The translations under genes and the position numbers were made by a program. The notes beneath the pieces were generated by a model. The model did not search any database, was not told the origin of the DNA, and saw only the letters and a list, made by a program, of their open reading frames with translations. A DNA stretch of 64,000 bases from the human T2T-CHM13v2.0 reference genome, Homo sapiens: assembly GCF_009914755.1 (NCBI RefSeq), contig NC_060936.1; one strand, given 5' to 3'. Shown piece by piece: positions 50,809 to 64,000 of this stretch. The stretch's first letter is position 1. Each line of letters begins with the position of its first letter.

Positions 50809-56228
<5,420 letters not shown>

Positions 56229-56549
56229 ATATCATTTGAGAATTCATTCTTTCATCAAATGTTTATTGAATGTACCCTATGTTTTAGGTTCTGTGCTGAG
56301 TACATAACATTATTATAAAGTCTACGATTAGAAATACTTCCTATGTACCTGAAGATACCATAGGTTTATAATATACAAAGGCATGTAATTGAATGAAATA
56401 ATAATTGAAGTCAATGAAGATTGTCCTTTAGGATTCTAAACTAATTAATTCTATTTACAATTTTTTGTTATGTATGAAATTTGTACATTTCTTATGGGAG
56501 CCAGCAAGATTTTGACATGTTTTGTGGCCTTTTTATTTTTTACTTATAG

Positions 56550-56714
<165 letters not shown>

Positions 56715-56717
56715 TAG

Positions 56718-58790
<2,073 letters not shown>

Positions 58791-59462
58791 TCCCACCCCT
58801 CCCCCCAAAAATGACTTGCAAGGGTTTTTGTTTAATTTATGCTGCTTATTTAGCCATAAATAATTGGAGGCAGAGGAGATGGAGAAAAAGCAGTTTAAGC
58901 TGAAATGCACAAATTCAGCCAGAGGAGATTTTTTCTTTAAATCATATGGACCTTAAAGCTATAAATATGAAGTCACATTCTTCTGTGTCCAGGTAAAAGC
59001 TCAAAGTCTGCCCACAAGTGGTGACAAGTTAACTTTAGATTAATGAACTTGCACTGCTAGGAGGCACGGTGCACAGCAAACTATGATAGATTATGAGAAG
59101 TGATGAAATACCATTACTTGGAAACTAGTTCTAACCACTGCTTTAAAGATAAATTGTCAGAAGGTAAATGCCCTCTACAAATCCAGATCAGACAGCCTCC
59201 ACCATTTGACATTCACTGTTCTCTATTTTTAATACTATATTTTTAACTTGTTTAACTATATTTAATACTTGAAACTACAAAAATACATTATGACACTTTC
59301 AAAGAGCAGGAATACTTAAAAATACGTAACTTACTTTAATGGACAACCCTGAACTATTAGGAAATTTTACAGGGAAGTGTTAATATATTTCCTTTGTGTG
59401 ATACTTGCATTTTTTTCTAAATTTGAATATTAACAGCTGTTTGAATATTAGAGCATCACAAC

Positions 59463-59883
59463 TGGATTAGTCTTTTCTCTCATTGCTGTAAATAAATACC
59501 TGAGACTAAGTAATTTCTAAAGAAAAAAGTCTTAATTGGCTCATGGTTCTACAGGCTATACAGGAAGCATGATGCAGGCATCTACTCACCTTCTAGGGAG
59601 GCCTCAGGAAGCTTACAATCATGGCAGAAGGCAAAGAGAGAGCAGGCATATCACATGGCTAGAGCAGCAAGGGGGTGGGAGGAGGGGCCTCACACTTTTA
59701 AACAACGAGATCTTATGAGAACTCACTCACTATCATGAAAACAGCACCAAGAGAATGGTGCTAAACCGTTCATGAGAATTTCACCCCCACGATCCAATCA
59801 CCTCCCACCAGGCCCCACCTCCAACATTGGAGGTAACAGTTTGACGTGAGATTTGGGCAGGGACAGAGATCCAAACCATATCA
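59463..59883 (-). mobile_element. Solo ERVL-MaLR LTR, MSTA-like
   Basis: Minus-strand start tgatatggtttggatctctgtccc; TSD acaac/acaat. Confidence 0.85.
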
Positions 59884-61805
59884 ACAATGAAAGATGTCTA
59901 ACTTATATTTATCTAGATCTATTATAGTCATCTAGAATTAGAATAGCATTTTGAAAAGTTTTATGTTTATTTTCTTAGGAGCAGTTCTATAAATTATATG
60001 TAATTAAATGGAATAATTATATATAATTGCTTATATGTAGGAAAAAACTGAAATATTCATTTTTTTTTTATTCATTTAATTTTTTTAAGTAGAGATGGGG
60101 TCTGCTGTTGCCAGGCTAGTCTCGAACTCCTGGGCTCAAGCAGTCCTCCCACCTCAGGCTTCCAAAATGCTGGGATTATAGGCGTGAGCCACCACACCCA
60201 CCCTGTTTATATTTTAGAGTATGCAATCTGATAATTTTTATTTTCAATGAAATATCTATTATTTATTGATTACTTTTTCATATAAAAGTAAAATCATGTT
60301 CTTAGCAATAATTAAAGCTATACAGAGTTATTTAAGGAAAAGAATAAAAATTATTTCTTTCAGCATCCCCAGCACATGACTTAACAGCTCCATATGTATT
60401 TTCCAGAAATTTTCTGATAATTAATGAACAGATAATTATTTAATAACTACCTTAAATTTGTTCTCCACACTTCTGTTCTACTTTGTAAAAACAAAAGCTT
60501 TTTTCAGGACGTGGGAGGACTGAAATCAACCGTGACTGATACCAAGATCAAATTATCTGCTTTCTTTTCTTTTAACATTTGGTTGCTGTACTTTTTTTGT
60601 CCACCTTATACTTTCCACTTTTAAAAAAAGTATTTTGTTTCTGATGTGTCTCTTGAATAGATCTTGAATTAGGTTTTGCTGTGTCATATCATCTGAAAGG
60701 TTTATTTTAATAGGTAAATTTATATATTTATTAATATGCAGATACATTTGGTTTGGGTGGTATTACTTTATGTTTGGCTTTCAATTTTAAAGCCTATAAA
60801 AAATCTCCTTCTCCTCCTTTTTCCCCTCCTCACTCATCCCCTGACTTCTCTCCCTCATGTGTGTGTGTTCTGGCTTATGGTTTAGTTTTAGCCTTTTAAC
60901 TCTACTATTCATTATTTATTTCTTTAGATGGCATCTATTAATCCCCACTGTGAGAAGTCATGAAATTGATATATTTCTTGTTCCTCCTCCCTTCCTTCCC
61001 TCTCCTCTAGCACCTGATTTTAGTAGATCGTATTGTCTTAGTGTTTGCCGTTATACCTTGAATACACTTATAGTATGACTTGTTAGCTTTAAATGATATT
61101 CTTTGACATTCCCCCACCCACCTCTAGCAATTAAAAAAATGAGGAAACCAGCTTACTTACTCTGCCTTCCACCTTCTTTTCCCTTTCTTCTTCCTGAAGG
61201 CTTTGTTGTATCATTTCTATCTTGTCACTGCATATAACATTTACATTCTCCTCTGTTACCCTACTTCTCGCTTTGGTTTTCAGCTCTAGACCTGTAATTA
61301 TTAGATCCAGCGCTCATTACCAATTCACTGACTGCCCTTTGTCTCACTTCTCTTTTGATTGCCTGGAACTTGTCCTCTAGTTGAGTCCTCCAAAAAGACT
61401 CATAAGAACAATATTCCCTGATGAGTTCTTGCATGTTCTAGTTTATTGCCTAAACATTTCAACAGCCGTTTGACTATTAGATCATGCTTTCTTTCCTTGA
61501 GGATTTTTTTTAAGTGTAGCTCGACAATCTTCTAGGGTTAAATGTAGCTATGGAGAGATCTGAGGCCAACTTAATTTTTTTGGTAACTCGATCTTGAAAA
61601 GAATGTCTATTTTCCAGTTGTTGAGTACAGGGTTCTCCCTGTGTTCATCAGATCAGGCTTATAAAAGCGGTGTTCTAAACTTCCTAGTGAATGGGTAAAA
61701 TGTTTCACGGAAACTTTTTCAGATGAAAAGAGTTATGTAGATGGATGGTGGTAATGGTTGCCCAACATTATGAATGTGCTTAATGCCAACTGAATTGCAC
61801 ACTTA

Positions 61806-62227
<422 letters not shown>

Positions 62228-62829
62228 CTAGCTACTCAGGGGGCCAAGGCAAGAGGATGACTTGAGCCTAGGAGTTCAAGACCAGCCTGCACAACACAGT
62301 GAAACCTTGTCTTTAAAAAAAGAAAGAAGGAAAAAAACTTCCCGTTGAATTTTATGTTCTGTCTTTATTTTTAAACTTTATTCCTTATTATGGTACGTAA
62401 TGGTTTTTGCCTTAGAGTATTATTTTGTCTACTATTAAAGCATATATGCCAGCTTTCTTATGATTAGTATTGCTTCTTATTTCTGTTTGCTTTCAGCTTC
62501 CTATGTCCTTATTTTTGTCTTATGTATGTCTCATAAATAGCATGTAGGGCCAGGCAGCAGTTGCTCATGACTGTAATCCTAGCACTTTGGGAGGCTGAGT
62601 TAGGAGACTCTTGAGCCCAGGATTTCAATACCAGCCTCGGCAACATAGCAAGACTCCATCTCTACAAAAAGTAAAAAAATTAGCTGAGCATGGGAGCACA
62701 CATCTATAGTCTTAGCTATTGGGAGGCTGAGGCAGAAGGATAGCTGGAGCCCAGGAGTTCGAGGTTGCAGTGAGACCTGATAGCACCACTGCATCCAGCC
62801 TGGGTGAAAGAGTAAGACCTGCACTCTAG

Positions 62830-62878
62830 GTAGATAGATAGATAGGTGAGTGGGTAGATAAGTAGATAGGTAGGTAGG

Positions 62879-62927
<49 letters not shown>
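62830..62927 (+). repeat. (TAGA)n tetranucleotide STR at an Alu tail
   Basis: Read directly; about 12 perfect units at 62879-62927. Confidence 0.95.
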
Positions 62928-63186
62928 GTATTTTGTGTGGGTGTAGTTTCTTACATCCAGTTTGAGAATCTGTCTTTTAAGTGGTAAGTTTAATCTCATT
63001 TATGTTTACTCTAATTTTTGAAGCATTTGAATTTTTTTCTATTTTGTACATCCTGTTATTTACTGTGTTTTCTCTTTGCTTTTTTTTTTTAACCATCCAT
63101 TGTACCAATCCTGTTTTCTTTTCTCTTTTTTCCCTTTTTTCTGTTTTTTTATCTTCTATTCTGATATTATTTATTCTTAGGTTTTT

Positions 63187-63189
<3 letters not shown>

Positions 63190-63218
<29 letters not shown>
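63190..63218 (+). repeat. (TA)n microsatellite
   Basis: Read directly. Confidence 0.9.
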
Positions 63219-63221
<3 letters not shown>

Positions 63222-63365
63222 CACTTAACAAAGTCTAAAGTTGTTAACATCTCCACAATACAGGAACCTTAGAATAATTTGACACCCTCTTCTACCTTAC
63301 ATGTGCGTTGTTATCCTCCGGCATTTTTTTTATTTATTTGTTTGTTTTGTTTATTTATTTATTGA

Positions 63366-63694
<329 letters not shown>

Positions 63695-64000
63695 TAGTAT
63701 TATAATTACAACTTTATATAATCATTTCCTGTTTAGATTTACCTATATATTTAGCAGTTTTCACCATCACTGCTTGTATTTTACTCCTTATTTCTGGATT
63801 CAGTTTTCTTTTTCCTGAAATACAATTTCCTTGTTTTGTGAGTGTGCGCGTATGTGTGTGTTTAGTGTTCGCAGTAAAGAATCATTACAATAAGTAAGCC
63901 ATCTTTTTTTTTTCTTCTTTTAAATAATGGCTTGGTCAGAAAAAAAAAATTTTCATGCTTTCTTTTATTTTGTTGAAGGGTCGGCTATCAGTTTATCATT

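Overview
Human (primate) genomic DNA, AT-rich and very Alu-dense, covering the middle of the IFT81 gene (intraflagellar transport 81) on the + strand. Seven canonical coding exons splice in one open frame: 531-615, 7147-7310, 10714-10809, 26680-26826, 46062-46211, 56550-56678 and 58247-58336 (from memory roughly exons 8-14, residues ~233-519, coiled-coil region). An antisense AluJ at 31632 looks exonised as an alternative terminal exon giving a ~431-aa truncated isoform. The introns contain dozens of Alus, a full-length sense SVA nested with an AluY inside an older Alu, a fragmented antisense L1M, solo LTRs (LTR1-, MLT2-, MER21-, MST-like), an ERV-L provirus remnant, and L2, MIR, L3 and DNA-transposon relics. 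Several features are not explained by standard repeat annotation: an 88-nt near-perfect hairpin, a ~200-bp inverted duplication with a scrambled Alu, a 376-bp Alu-Alu tandem duplication, a tiny polyadenylated retrocopy with target-site duplications (TSDs), several template-switch micro-inversions, and a stop-containing decoy splice acceptor. I see no evidence for a new protein-coding gene; almost all ORFs in the track are Alu/L1/SVA translations. Repeat subfamily names are by-eye recognition, not RepeatMasker output.
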